Below the pieces are notes generated by a model that did no database searches, was not told the DNA's origin, and was given only the letters and a program-made list of their open reading frames with translations. The position numbers and the translations under genes are program-made. A stretch of 64,000 nucleotides of DNA, from positions 4,836,001 through 4,900,000 of the forward strand of contig NC_043018.1 of assembly GCF_006345805.1 (NCBI RefSeq). Direction: 5' to 3'. Numbering within the stretch: the first letter of the stretch is position 1; each line of letters starts with the position of its first letter. Shown here piece by piece: positions 37,701-50,900 of this stretch. This DNA is from Octopus sinensis. Lineage: Eukaryota.

Positions 37701-38465
37701 CCATACACATACACACACACACACATACACACACACATACACACACACACACATAGGTGCAGGTGTGGCTGTGTGGTAACAAACTTCATTCCAAAACACA
37801 TGGTCCTGGGTTCAGTCCCACCGTGTGGTGATTTGGCATGTGTCTTCTGCTATAGCCTCAGACCAACCAAAGCCTTGTCAGTGGATTTTGTAGACAGAAA
37901 CTGAAAGAAATCAATCGTATATATTTATGTATGTATATATGTAAGTCTGTGTGTGTGTGTCTTTGTGTTTCTCCCTCATCACTGCCTCACAACTGGTGTT
38001 CGTTTATTTACATCCCCATAACTTACTGGTTTCACCAGAAGAAAATGATAGAATAAGTACCAGGCTTATCAAAATAAAAAAAAACCCACTAGGCAGTATC
38101 TCATATTTTTGTTTGCCCACACAATTTATCTTTGTGTGTGAGTGTATACATACATATATATATATATATATGGATTTTGTAGACAGAAACTTAAAAAAAT
38201 CAATCGCACATATATGTATGTATATATTTAAGTGTATGTGTGTGACTTTGTTTCTGTGTTTCACCCTCATCACTGCTTTACAACTGCTGTTCATTTATTT
38301 ACATCCCCATAACTTACTGGTTTCACAAGAACAAACTAATAGAATAAGTACCAGGCTTATCAACATAAAAAAAGCACTATGCTGTGTCTCATAGTTTTGT
38401 TTTCCCACTCAGTTGTATCTATCAATTTATCTTTGTGTGTGTGTATATATATATATATATAATAC

Positions 38466-38512
<47 letters not shown>

Positions 38513-40533
38513 CATGTATGTATAATAACAAATTAATAAATAAAGCATATGCATATATACATACATATATATATACGTACATGTATATATACATGCATAT
38601 ATGGGTACAGGACACCAAAAAAACGTCGAACACAATGAGAAACAAAAACATAAACACAAAACCAAGGAAATGGACATTTTTCTTAAACAACGAAAAAATA
38701 GAGTACAGGACATAAAACACAAGGAAAATTCCCCTTCTTCAGCCGCCTCTGTTTTGTCTACTCCGCATTTCGAAGGTAAAGGCGAGACACGACTTTGTTG
38801 AAACAGTCCTTCCTGCAAAAGCAGATTAAATAAAATTTGCGATTTTTTTGCGGAGAGGTAAAAATGGTAACAAAAAGAGGACAGTAAAGACAGTGTACAT
38901 TCATATTTATTATATCAAAGACAATGTCTTTATGTGTTTGTGTATTACTTATACATTTGAAAACTGCTTCACTGATCATAATGAAATTTGGAACACAAAA
39001 TCGAAGCCCAGGGAGAAGGGTAATGTTGTGTGTTTCATACAATTTCATGGACCAAAATTACTGAATGGACCCTTATGATATTTGAAACTTAGATTCAATG
39101 CATAAGGGCAGGTATAATGCAATATGTTTGGTTTGAATTTCAGATGGCTTAAAGGGGACAGAACCCACCATGAAAATTCATAGGTAATTGACATACATCA
39201 AGAAGTATTTTCATAGTTTCCATTTCACATGAGGATTCTAAAACACCCTAATGGGGGCCTTAACTCCCAAATTTTAGTAATTTCTTTTATGATCCAAAAC
39301 TAAGTCAAAAGTACTGAATGGATCTTTTACGAAATTTGGAAATTATATTCTATGCAAAAGGGCCACAACCCCCATGACAATTCATATATTTTTGCTGTTG
39401 ATGAAATTTTAACCATAGATATTAGACACAAATGAAGTAATATTTATAAAATTTCATCTTCTTACAAGTTAGAAAGACCCCTTCATGGGGACTTAACGCC
39501 CACGATTTTGTCATTTTATCTAAGCAAAGACGAATAGTTGTAGGGGTCATCCAAGCATAGAAGATGAGCATTATTTGTAATTCAATGGTGAAACAGTGTA
39601 AGAGTTTGCTTTGACATACACTTACATTGTGATTTCTACAATTATTATCACTGGGTCACACCTAGTCCCCACATGGTAACATTGATTTCAAGGCCTTCCC
39701 AGATGAGTGACTGGTTATTCAAAGACATTTATAGATTGTATAGATTGTATTCTGTATAGATTGTATTCTGTCCAGTTACGTATCAGTATAGTGGTCATTT
39801 GCAAACTCCAACTTTCATTTCTCCTTAGCCCACACGTCACACAGTTGTTAATGTTTATTTCAGTTGGGTCACGCCCTTCCAATTGTTAAAGATTCGTAAT
39901 GCATCTTACGGCTGTGCCTGTCACCTGGATGGTGAGGAATCCTACATTGGGAGTGGTAACAACTAGGCCACTGTAGCTGACTGCTTATTGTGATCATTCG
40001 TCTTTTGGTTTCCTGTAGCTTTGCTCTCTTTTACAAACCCAGTGAACATATATTTCCTATTTCAAAGAAATTCAAACAATAGATATAGGACCCAAGTTAA
40101 AAAGATTCTCAACAATTTAACTTCTCTGGTTGACGTTAAGATGCCCACCCCCAATAGGGGCGTGAACTCTCACATTTTAGAGCTCCATGACCTCCATTTT
40201 TCAGGAGCAAAATCCTTTTAACAGGTTCCATAAGACTGGGATTTTGGAATATGCGCATAAAAATCAGTAGTATGGGATACATGTAGCACGATTACAATTT
40301 TGTTTGGGTGTGTAAAGAGGGAAATAACCCTCATCTGCAATTTTGATGAAATTCGAAGCATAGGCACAGGAGTGGCTGTGTGGTGAGTAGCTTGCTTTCC
40401 AACCACATGGTTCCGGGTTCAGTCCCACTGCGTGGCATCTTGGGCAAGTGTCTTCTGCTATAGCCTCGGGCCGACCAATGCCTTGTGAGTGGATTTGGTA
40501 GACGGAAACTGAAAGAAGCCTGTCGTATATATG

Positions 40534-40566
<33 letters not shown>

Positions 40567-43500
40567 ATATGTTTGTGTGTCTGTGTTTGTCCCCCAACAT
40601 CGCTTGACAACCGATGCTGGAGTGTTTACGTCCCCGTCTCTTAGCGGTTCAGTGAAAGAGACCGATAGAATAAGTACTGGGCTTACAAAGAATAAGTCCC
40701 GGGGTCGATTTGCTTGACTAAAGGTGGTGCTCCAGCATGACTGAAACAAGTAAAAAGAGAAAGAGAGATAGGTATTCCAGTTCATTACAGAAAATATAAT
40801 TCTTCAATTGTATGTAAACAAGGTGTATACAAGGTGTATACCCAAGTTTGAAATTATTATATATATATTATATATATTATAAGAAATTACTAGCAGAGTT
40901 ACCCGGCGTTGCCCGAGTTACATACACTTGAAGAATTAGACTTTTCTGTTATATTTTCTGTAATGAACTGGAATGTTTCATGTTCCTGTTTGTCAGTCGT
41001 GATCATACAACTGTCCGATGAACAAATCCCAACTGTCTGATGAACAGGGATGTGAAATGCTGAGTTTGTGGAGATTTTGGCAGCTTTAATCCAGACATAT
41101 TGCTCTACCTTATGTACTCAAGTACTAGTTTTTCCACTTTGTTTTGCACTTATGTGCTTACTTGTCTGTCTGTCTGTCCATCCATCCATCCATCTCCTGT
41201 CTGTCTCTCTCTCTCTCTCTCTCTCTATTTGAGCAGGGGGAAAAAAACCGATGTAAATTGATGATGCAATAATGATAAATCTACTTTTTATTACTTATTA
41301 ATTTAATTAGTTATTGTTAGTTTATTTGGTTACATAAAATAATTTAACTGTTTTAATATTTTCCTCCTGCTGCTGCTACAGATGCACTATGCTGCCCTCG
41401 ATGCACTGGTTGGTGTCACAATATTCCTGCAGCTGATGATGACCAAACTGAACCAACAGAAGCAGCATTTCCTGAAGTTCCACAGTACCTCAGACAAAGA
41501 TATTCGGGAGGCGATGTTGACGATTCTGCCAGGAATCATTGACTGCAAGACCCCAGATCAAAAAACAAGAAAATTAATGAAGCTGGTGCGTAATTGATAA
41601 TTAGAAGGTAACTGAACCGGCCCCTCCACCCACTTTTCCTTGCCCCACCAAACACACTCACACACACATTATAATATCCATTTTTCCATATTGGCGTGAA
41701 CTGAGCAGAATCTGCTGACCCACCTGTTTTACAGCCAGTTGTCCCTCCTCTTGCTAATCTTCATCTATTTCCAAGCAAAGTAATATTTCTCCGTGACAGG
41801 TTGATGTAATCGACTCCCTCCTCCCGCTCCCACTGAAATTGCTGGCCTTGTGTCAAAATTCGAAACCAGTATTTCTTCATGGCCAGACATGTTTACAGAG
41901 AAGACTGGAAATGGACAACATTGCTTGTAGGATGGTCACACTTGTTTACAACTTTCCCATAATCTCAAAAGAAGGGGACACAAACACATGCACACAACAA
42001 AACACTCCCATGCTGACACAGACACATCATTATCAACATTTAGCGTCCGTTTTTCCATGCTGGTATGGGTTGGACAGCTTGACAGGGACTGGCAAAGCCA
42101 GGGTCCACGCCTGGTCCCAGAGTCTGTTTTGGTTTGGTTTCTATGGTGGGATGCCTTTCCTAATGCTAACCACTCCACAGAATGTGCTGGGTACATTTTA
42201 TGTGGCACCAGCATCCACACCAATGCTTTTTACACAGCCCCTTGGTTTTAGGATCTCTTCATCACCATCATCATCATTTCATGTCTGTTTTCCATGCTGG
42301 TATGGCTTGGACAAAAGGTTACCAGTAGGTGGCTACAGGGAATTGAAACCTGTACCTCTCAGATACTAGCTGGGTGCTCTGTACGATTAAGCTAAGTGAT
42401 TCCAACATCATATTGAACAGTGTTATTTATCTGAATGAATATATATATATATATATCACCTTGTAAATATATATATAAGAAAATGGGATGACAAAGGAAT
42501 GAACAATTATCTTATGCACTTCATTAGCTTACAGCTGTTTCTGCTATAAGATGCAGTAGAATCATAGTTGCATGCTGAATATCACTTTATAGCTTCATCA
42601 GAGCCTCAAATATAAAATGCAATTTTATTTTTCCCAAATAAATTGCACTTCATATTCGAAGCTGCAATGAAGCTGTTGCTGAGGCACTCAACTATGAATC
42701 CGCTGCAGAAACAGTTGTCAGCTAATGAAGTGTATAAGATAAGTGTTTATTCCTTTGTCCTCTCTCTTATGACTGCTTTCTACCCAGCCACCACTTCATT
42801 CTGAAACACACATATATTGAGTTCTACATCAGGTTATTAGTCTCGCAATGCTCAAGGGAAATATTTAAACAATATATATATTTTGGGTCATCCCATAAAT
42901 AATGTGTTTTTTTCAGTTACATGAACCCAAAACCTGTATCAACTTGCTAGAAAAACAGGTAGCAATTTTACCTTGTACTCATTCTGAGAGCAAGTTTTTA
43001 AGAGTGCAGTTCGATTTTAACAGTTATTTTTTCAAAGCCATAATGGAAGGACAAAGGAGCATATTCAGCATATTTTGCTTTATGAGTTCAATAAAGGCAA
43101 CAAAGCAATGGAAAGTGTGAGGAATATTAATGTAGTATTTGGGGATCGGACAATAGGCGTAAGTAAGCCAGTGCTAACAGTGGTTCCAGAAATTCCGAAC
43201 AGGAAACTATAGCCTAGAAGATGAGCCTCGTCTTGGAAGATCTGCAGAGCTCGATGTGAACATCCTGCAAACCCTGGTGGAACAAAATCCCACCTGTTAA
43301 GGAACTAGCAGAGAAGCTTGGATTTGGTCATTCAATCATTCATCGACACCTGAGTGCGATCGGAAGAGTCAGAATCTTTCGTTTAAAGATGAGAGGTGTT
43401 CTTCCATCATGATAATACTCTTCCACATACAGCGAGGATGACATTCCAAAAGGCTGGAGCAGTTTGAATGGGAAACAATTCCCCACCCACCACATTGCTC

Positions 43501-43786
43501 CATCTGATTATCATTTATTCCGCATTTATTCAAAATTATTTGGATGGGAAAAAAATATGAATTCTATAGACGCGGTCAGAACAGTACTGGAAAAGTATTT
43601 TTCATCATGGATTAGTGAATTTTGGAAGAGGGGCCTTACAAGTGTAGCAGATAGATGGAAGAACGTTGTAGAAAATGAAGGAGAGTATATTTTAGATTAA
43701 AAAACAACGTTGTTTATCTTAATTTTGAAAAATAAAAAAAGTATCAAATAAAATGCATTATTTATGGGATGATTCAATATATATAT

Positions 43787-43820
<34 letters not shown>

Positions 43821-44956
43821 GGAAACAAAGTTATTTTATTCCACTCGTGTAGAAATATATGAAAAATATTTTTCCTATATATATATAGGCGCAGGAGTGG
43901 CTGTGTGGTAAGTAGCTTGCTAACCAACCACATGGTCCCACTGCGTGGCATCTTGGGCAAGTGTCTTCTGCTATAGCCCCGGGCCGACCAATGCCTTGTG
44001 AGTGGATTTGGTAGATGGAAACTGAAAGAAGCCCGTCGTATATATGTATATATATATATGTATGTGTGTTTGTGTGTCTTTGTTTGTCTCCCTAGCATTG
44101 CTTGACAACCGATGCTAGTGTGTTTACGTCCCCGTCACTTAGTGGTTTGGCAAAAAGAGACCGATAGAATAAGTACTGGGCTTACAAAGAATAAGTCCCG
44201 GGGTCGATTTGCTTGACTAAAGGCGGTGCTCCAGCATGGCCGCAGTCAAATGACTGAAACAAGTAAAAAGAAAAAGAAAGAAAAAGAAAGAAAAAGAAAG
44301 TGTACATTTGATGAAAACCACTCCCAAAGCTTTGGCCAGTCTGGAGCTGTGACAGAGGACGCTTAACCTAATTTTCAGAGTTAACTGAAATACAGGGACA
44401 GTGGTATATTTCATTGAAAATGTGGTCAAGAAATGTGGTCAAGAAAAGGCCTAAACATATAAACAAATGGAATGGTCACTGCTTGAACAAATTTGGGCAT
44501 GGGTCTACTCGGTCAAGGCTGAGCAGGGGCTAAACAACAGCAACAATTAACAAACCAAATATGGATCAATATTGAAAATATGTTATGGAATTTGAGTATG
44601 AAATAATGTCTGTGTACCACCCTACCTTCTTGTGTTGTAAGTGTGGGAAAGGGATGAAGGCCTCAAGTCAGTGCTAAATGTGTAATGTTTATTCTGTATT
44701 TTGACCTTAACAGGACACACTGCGTAATGTTGAGTGGTTGACATCAGCAAGCTCTCCTCTGATTAACCTTGATGTAACTCACAGACTGAATGAAAAGGTT
44801 AGATCTTTCAATTCCAGCTGCCGTTTGCGTCTTCCGACTTCAGAAGTGAATTGATCTAAGGCTAGGGTAAAAGACACTTTGCCTGAGAGGCTGTGTATTG
44901 CGATTGAACATGGGACCTCATGTTTGCAAAGTGAACTTCTTAACTCCTTCCCAACA

Positions 44957-44987
<31 letters not shown>

Positions 44988-47900
44988 TTAACGTCCATTT
45001 TCCATGCTGGCATGGGTTGGATGGTTTGACGGGAGCTGGCAAGCCAGGGGACTGCACCAGGAGGCTCCTGCACTTGTCTGTTTTGGTAGCATGGTTTCTA
45101 TGGCTCAATGCCCTTCCTAACACCAACCACTTTACAGAGTGGCACTGGGTGTCCTTTACGTGGCACCATCATAAGTGCTTTCTGTGTGGCACCGGCAGAA
45201 GTGCTTTTTACATGACAACAAAATGGCTGCTTTTCATGTGATGACAGCCGCATGTTGACAAATATGGTGGCAGAATTTGAGGAGGAAGGACAAATGCCTT
45301 CTATTACAGCCTTAAAGTAACCAAGTGACAGAGTATTGAAGAGATTGTTTTATGGCAATTGTTCCAGCCCTCTGCACTTGGAGTTCAAATCCCACTAAGG
45401 CTGACTTTGCTGTTTATCTTTTTGTACTGTACTGGGTCGATTTCCTTCCTTCCTTCCTCCCCTCTTCCTTCCTTCCTTCCTTCCTTCCTTCCTTCCTTTC
45501 TTTCTTTCTAATAGAAATCTGCTGTGGTCAGCCAGGGAGAGGGATGAACTCCACCTGGTCAAGAAATGACCAAATCATGCTATGTATCATGACACTGCAG
45601 CTATGAATCCATCAAGGAGTTGAGGGTCCGAAGCAAAGCATTATAGCCTTGGGGTGGTGTGTGTGGTTAATCTAAGAGTTTGTGAGTGGAATTTGGGAGA
45701 AGGAAACTGCATGGAAATCCATCACAAAGATTGTGTCTCTTCTTTGTTGGTAGATTTAATCCTTTGCCCAGCTTAAGACTTCAAGCTGGACCTTGCATAT
45801 CCTATGTACAGTTCACTAACATTTGGTCCAGGTTTATTTGCTCTGGTTTCAAGATAACTCAGTATCTGAATCCATACATAGAAGGTTTATTATCATTTCA
45901 ATTATGCTTGAGGCATATTTAAACCCGTAAAAAAGTCACCATCATGGGTGCTTTTTAAGTGGCACCAGGAACTGAAAGGAGAAGCCTGTATATATGGATG
46001 GCAGGGATTTTACTTGGCTTGATACAGTATATCAAGTACAGCAAATCACCATCTCCTGGTCCCTTGTCACTTCCATGGTGAAGCCCAGTGCCTGAAGATC
46101 CTTTCTCACCACTTTGTCCCACATACACAGGCATCATGCAATCTGCCGTTCACTTTGAGGGATAGGCCCTTAGTTACCAACAAAGAAAGAAGTTCTCTGA
46201 ACTTTGCCCAACCTGTTCTTATTCTAGCAACTACACTTTCAGAACTTCCTCCTCCTCTACTAACTTGGTTTCCTAGGTAACAGAAGCTGTCTACTACTTC
46301 TAATGATCCCCCTAAGCATTTCAGGGGGTCTACTATCTGTGCATTTTTACTGCTTATTGTTCCTGCACATCTGCCACACACAAGGACTATATTCCCCATT
46401 AACCTTCCTTTGATGCTATTACACCATTTGTGTGTCCAAAGCTTGCACTGAGTACAACGTAGGGAGTTTCTACCAACACCCTTCTTACATATCGAGCAGG
46501 GCCATCTCTCAGAAGGGATTAGTGATTTGTCTGTTTTCCTACTTACTGGGACTTAATTTTTTCTTTTGCTAAATTAACTCTAAGGCCCTTAGAATCCAGG
46601 CGTTGCTTCCACACAATATTTACACACACATGCACACATATATGCACACATATATGCACACATATATGCACACAGACACACACTGATTTCATTTTCCCCT
46701 TCATATTCCTTAATCCCGTCCCCCATCCCCCTTATTCTTCAATCCCTTTACTTCCCTTGCCACCATCTTTTTCTCCCCCCCTCCCCTCTTGTTCTTTAGT
46801 CCCACTGATTCCTTTCCCCTCTCTCCTATTCCTTAGTCCCTCTACACTCTTCAACTCCTTCCCTCTCCTACCACCTGATCGCTGTCTGGTTAAGGCATTG
46901 CCGTCCTTCAGGTTGGTCACGTCCATCTGTCCTCCCACCTGGTTTCTTATGATTTCCCCTTTGCGCCAGCTTACTATTTTTGTCTGATGGTCGAAAGACC
47001 CTTTTTTGTTATGTATTATTGTTGTAATTGTACAATTACTTTCCTTTTGCAGCCGAAACGCTTTTGTCCATTGTAGAATTCTTTCTCTGTTGCAACTGCA
47101 TCGTTATTCCATACGTTACGTTCGTCCGATCCCTGAAAGACCCTTCCTCGTATTTACCTATTTCTATTCGTATATTTACCAATAACCTTTTTTTCCTCCA
47201 AAATGCATTCTGTCGTTTGTGTTTAAGTCTAGCTTTCTTGTTTTTGCTTCTGTTCCTGTTTTCGTTCTTGTATACATTTGTTTACCTTGCCCAGAGGCTT
47301 AATGCTTCTGGCATAAGTCCCTAGTACCCGCTGGATTCAAGTAGTATTGTAGATAAAGGGGTGAAACTACAAGGACTTTCTGGACTCTGAACGATGAGAA
47401 ATTGGCTGTGTTTCTTGTTTTTGTTCTGTTTGCCGTTTGTATATATATGTATGCACACAAACATATACAAAGATGCATATGTGTGTGTGTGTGTGTATAT
47501 ATAGCATTCTCATTTTCCGTATTTTTTTTCCCTACTTGTCTCTCAGGACGGAATATCCCAGAAACAGTTGTCTGAGGAATTCCAACCACATTTCGTGGTT
47601 TGCTACTTCAACAGCTCCTTTATAGAATCCAGAGGCTAAAGACATCATCTGGAGGAACCACGTCCAGTTTCGGCCCCTACCCTTCTACTGTTTTCGACAT
47701 GGTGCCCCCCCCCACCTTTCAGCTCTGGTGTTGAGTGCATTTCTTCTTTCTTCTTTTTTTCTTTCCTTCTCTTCCCTGGCCTCCGACTCCAGATGTTTGC
47801 CTTGCCTCATTGTTTACTCTCCTCTTTAACAATTATTTATCCGCTGCATTGGAAATCTGCAATGGCTTCGTTTCTGGAAATCCAAGTTGGAAGAAGTTTG

Positions 47901-50900
47901 AGCAAAACTAACCCAAACCACACCAAAACACTAACCCTAAACTCCTCTATACTATAATTTATACTCCCCCACACAAATGTGACACTCTGTTGGTCATGAC
48001 GATGAGGGTTCCAGTTGATCCGATCAACGGAGGAACAGCCTGCTTGTGAAATTACCGTGCAAGTGGCTGAGCACTCCACAGACACATGTACCCTTTAATG
48101 TAGTTCTCGGGGTGATTCAGCCTGAAACAGTGCGACAAGGTTGGGCCCATTGAAATACAGGTGGAACAGAAACAGGAAGAAAGAATGAGGGAAAGTTGTG
48201 GAACTTTAAGTGTTTTTGCTCAACAAACACTCACAATGACTGGTCTGGGAATCGAAACCACGATCCTATGACTGCAAGTCCACTGCCCTAACCACTGGGC
48301 CATTGTGCCCCCCCCCCTAATACTCTACTTCAATACTCTATAATATTCTACACTTTTCTATATTACACTCCACTTATCATTCAGACTGCTGTATATCACT
48401 CTATACTTTACTGTACACTATACTCTACTACAACACTGCTATACATGGTACTACACTACCCTATGCTAACTTGCTAATTATCGCACAGAATTATTTCAAT
48501 AATTACAGGAAATTGTGCCTTGTCTCTAAGAAATAATTTTTTTATCCATTTAATAATAATAATAATGATAATAGGGAATGTGGGTGTTTTGTTCATCATC
48601 CATAAGCAAATCTTATTCAAGGACCTTTTGAGTGGAGTGGGTTATTCAACCTGAAAAAAATTCTAACAGGGCTCCACCTGCAAGGTCATGTGCCGTTTGT
48701 CTTGATCACCACATCGTACACCATGTCGGTTGTGATGCATTTGCCTGGTGTACCCTTTTCAGATGAGTAGTCATGATGGGTATATTGGACTTTGTATATT
48801 TGTACCCCAATGTCACTTTCATACTCTCTCACTGAAAAATAATAATAATAATTATCCTTTCTTTTATGGGCACAGAGTCTGAAATTGGCCCCTTGATTAC
48901 ATCGACCCCCAATGTTCAACTGGTTCTTATTTTATTAGCTCTGAAAGGATGAAAGACAAAGTTGGCCTCAGCAGGATTTGAACTCAGAACATAAGGACAG
49001 ACGAAATGCCACTAAGCTTTTTGCCTGGCTTGCTAACCGTTTTGCCAGATCACTGCTTTATTACAACTACAACAACAACTATTGTTATTATTATGATGAT
49101 GATGATGGTGATGTGGTTGTGGCGGTGGACAAAATGCTTTGCATTCTGAGTTCAAACCCTGCCAAGGTCAACCTTGTTTTTGATCCTTTTAGGGTTTGAT
49201 AAAATAAGTACCAGTTGTGTACTGGGGTGAATGTAATCGACCCTTTTCGTTAAACTTGCTGGCCTTCTGCCATATTTGAAACTATTATTATTATTGTTGT
49301 TATCATTATTAAGGTGGTGAGCTGGACAAAGTCCTGAGTGGTATTTCGACGGTTGGTGCATTCTGAGTTCAAATTCTGCTGAGGTCAACTTTGCCTTTCA
49401 TCCTTTCAGAGTCAATTAAATAAGTACCAGTTAAACACTGGGGTCAATGTAATCAACTCATCCCTTCACCCAAAATTGCTGCGATTCTGGCAAAATTTAA
49501 AACCATTATTGTTGTTGTTGTTGTTGTTGTCGTTGTTGTTGTTAATGGCATTTTATCTGTCTTTGAGTTCTGAGTTTAAATTCCCCTGAGGCCAACTTTA
49601 TCTTTTTTTTTTCTTTCAGAGTTGATTAAATAAGTACCAGTTGAGTACTGGAGGGTGGGGTTGGGGGTTGGGCGATGGGGGGGGGGTGATGTAATCGACT
49701 ATCCCCCTCCTAAAATTGCTGGCCTTGTACCATTATTATTATTATTATTATTATAGCATTCAGACAGCAAGCTGGCAGAATCATTGGAGCATTGCACAGA
49801 ATGTGTAGAGGTATTTTCATTGAGTCATTACATTGTGAGTTCAAATCCCAGCATGGTTAACTTTGCCTTTCATCCTTCTGTGGTCAATAAAATAAAGTAC
49901 CAGTTAGATACTTGGGTTGATGATATCAACTAACCTCCCTTCCACAAAGTTGCTAGCCTTGTGCCAGAATTAGAAAGAATGGTTTTTATCATTGGGCAAG
50001 AGCAGTGGATGGCCATGTATTCTTATGAAGGTTGTTGTTAAAGCAATTGATCCCTGGAATATGACTGGTACTTATTTTATTAAGCCTTGAAAAATGAGAA
50101 GCAAACCTCCTCCAGACTCTGTTTGGGAATTTATCTTTTATTTTTCATATGTTTCACTCATTAGACTGTGGCCATGCTGGAGCACTGCCTTGATGAATTT
50201 TTAGTTGAATGAATTGACCTGAGGACTATTTTTAAAGCCTGGTACTTATTCTGTCAATCTCTTTTGCCAAACTGCTAAGATATGGGGATGTAAACACACC
50301 AACACCGGTTGTCAAGTGGTGGTGGGGGACAAAGAGAAACGTAATGACACACACACACATATATGATGGGCTTCTTTCAGTTTCCATCTCCCAAATCCAC
50401 TCGCAAGGTTTTGGTTGGCCTGAGGCTATAGTAGAAGACACTTGCCCAAGGTGCCATAAATTGGTGGGACTGAACCTGGAACCATTTGGTTGTGAAGCAA
50501 GCTTCTTACAACTCAGTCATGCCTGCGCCTATGTTGAAGAATGAAACGTAAAGAATTTAATCAGGCATTGTTTGACTGACATAGCTTTTTTAAAAAAACA
50601 TGAAATTATTTCACAATAAATCTTAATCTTTTTTGAATCTCTCAATCTGTTTATTAGCCTGAAAACAAATCTACTTTCACGAAAAAAGACAGTCTGAGAG
50701 CTCACAGCCTAAGAGCTTACAATCTGCGCCGCAATCCACTTTATGACAACTGCCAGCTTCTGGCGCCCGACAACCAAATATTGTGTACCTGTGATTCTCG
50801 TAAAGCTAAATGGTACCTTTACAAAGGTCTTGGAGGTTGGTGATTATTCTTCTTTAAAAAGGTGGGAGGAAGGTATGAATGTCATTAATTCAAGTGTTTA

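Noticed and set aside
38590-38830. Minus-strand CTGAAGA and CGAAA boxes suggesting a hammerhead
   Set aside because: No compatible stems or cleavage triplet found in the required order.
42325-42400. tRNA-like sequence on the minus strand
   Set aside because: A/B-box remnants without a complete cloverleaf; decayed SINE head.
47536-47580. Hammerhead-like string CTCAGGA-CGGAATATCC-CA-GAAACAGTTGTC (and a weaker one at ~46983-47070)
   Set aside because: Core box deviates from CUGANGA and stem I does not pair; at best a dead Penelope-type remnant.
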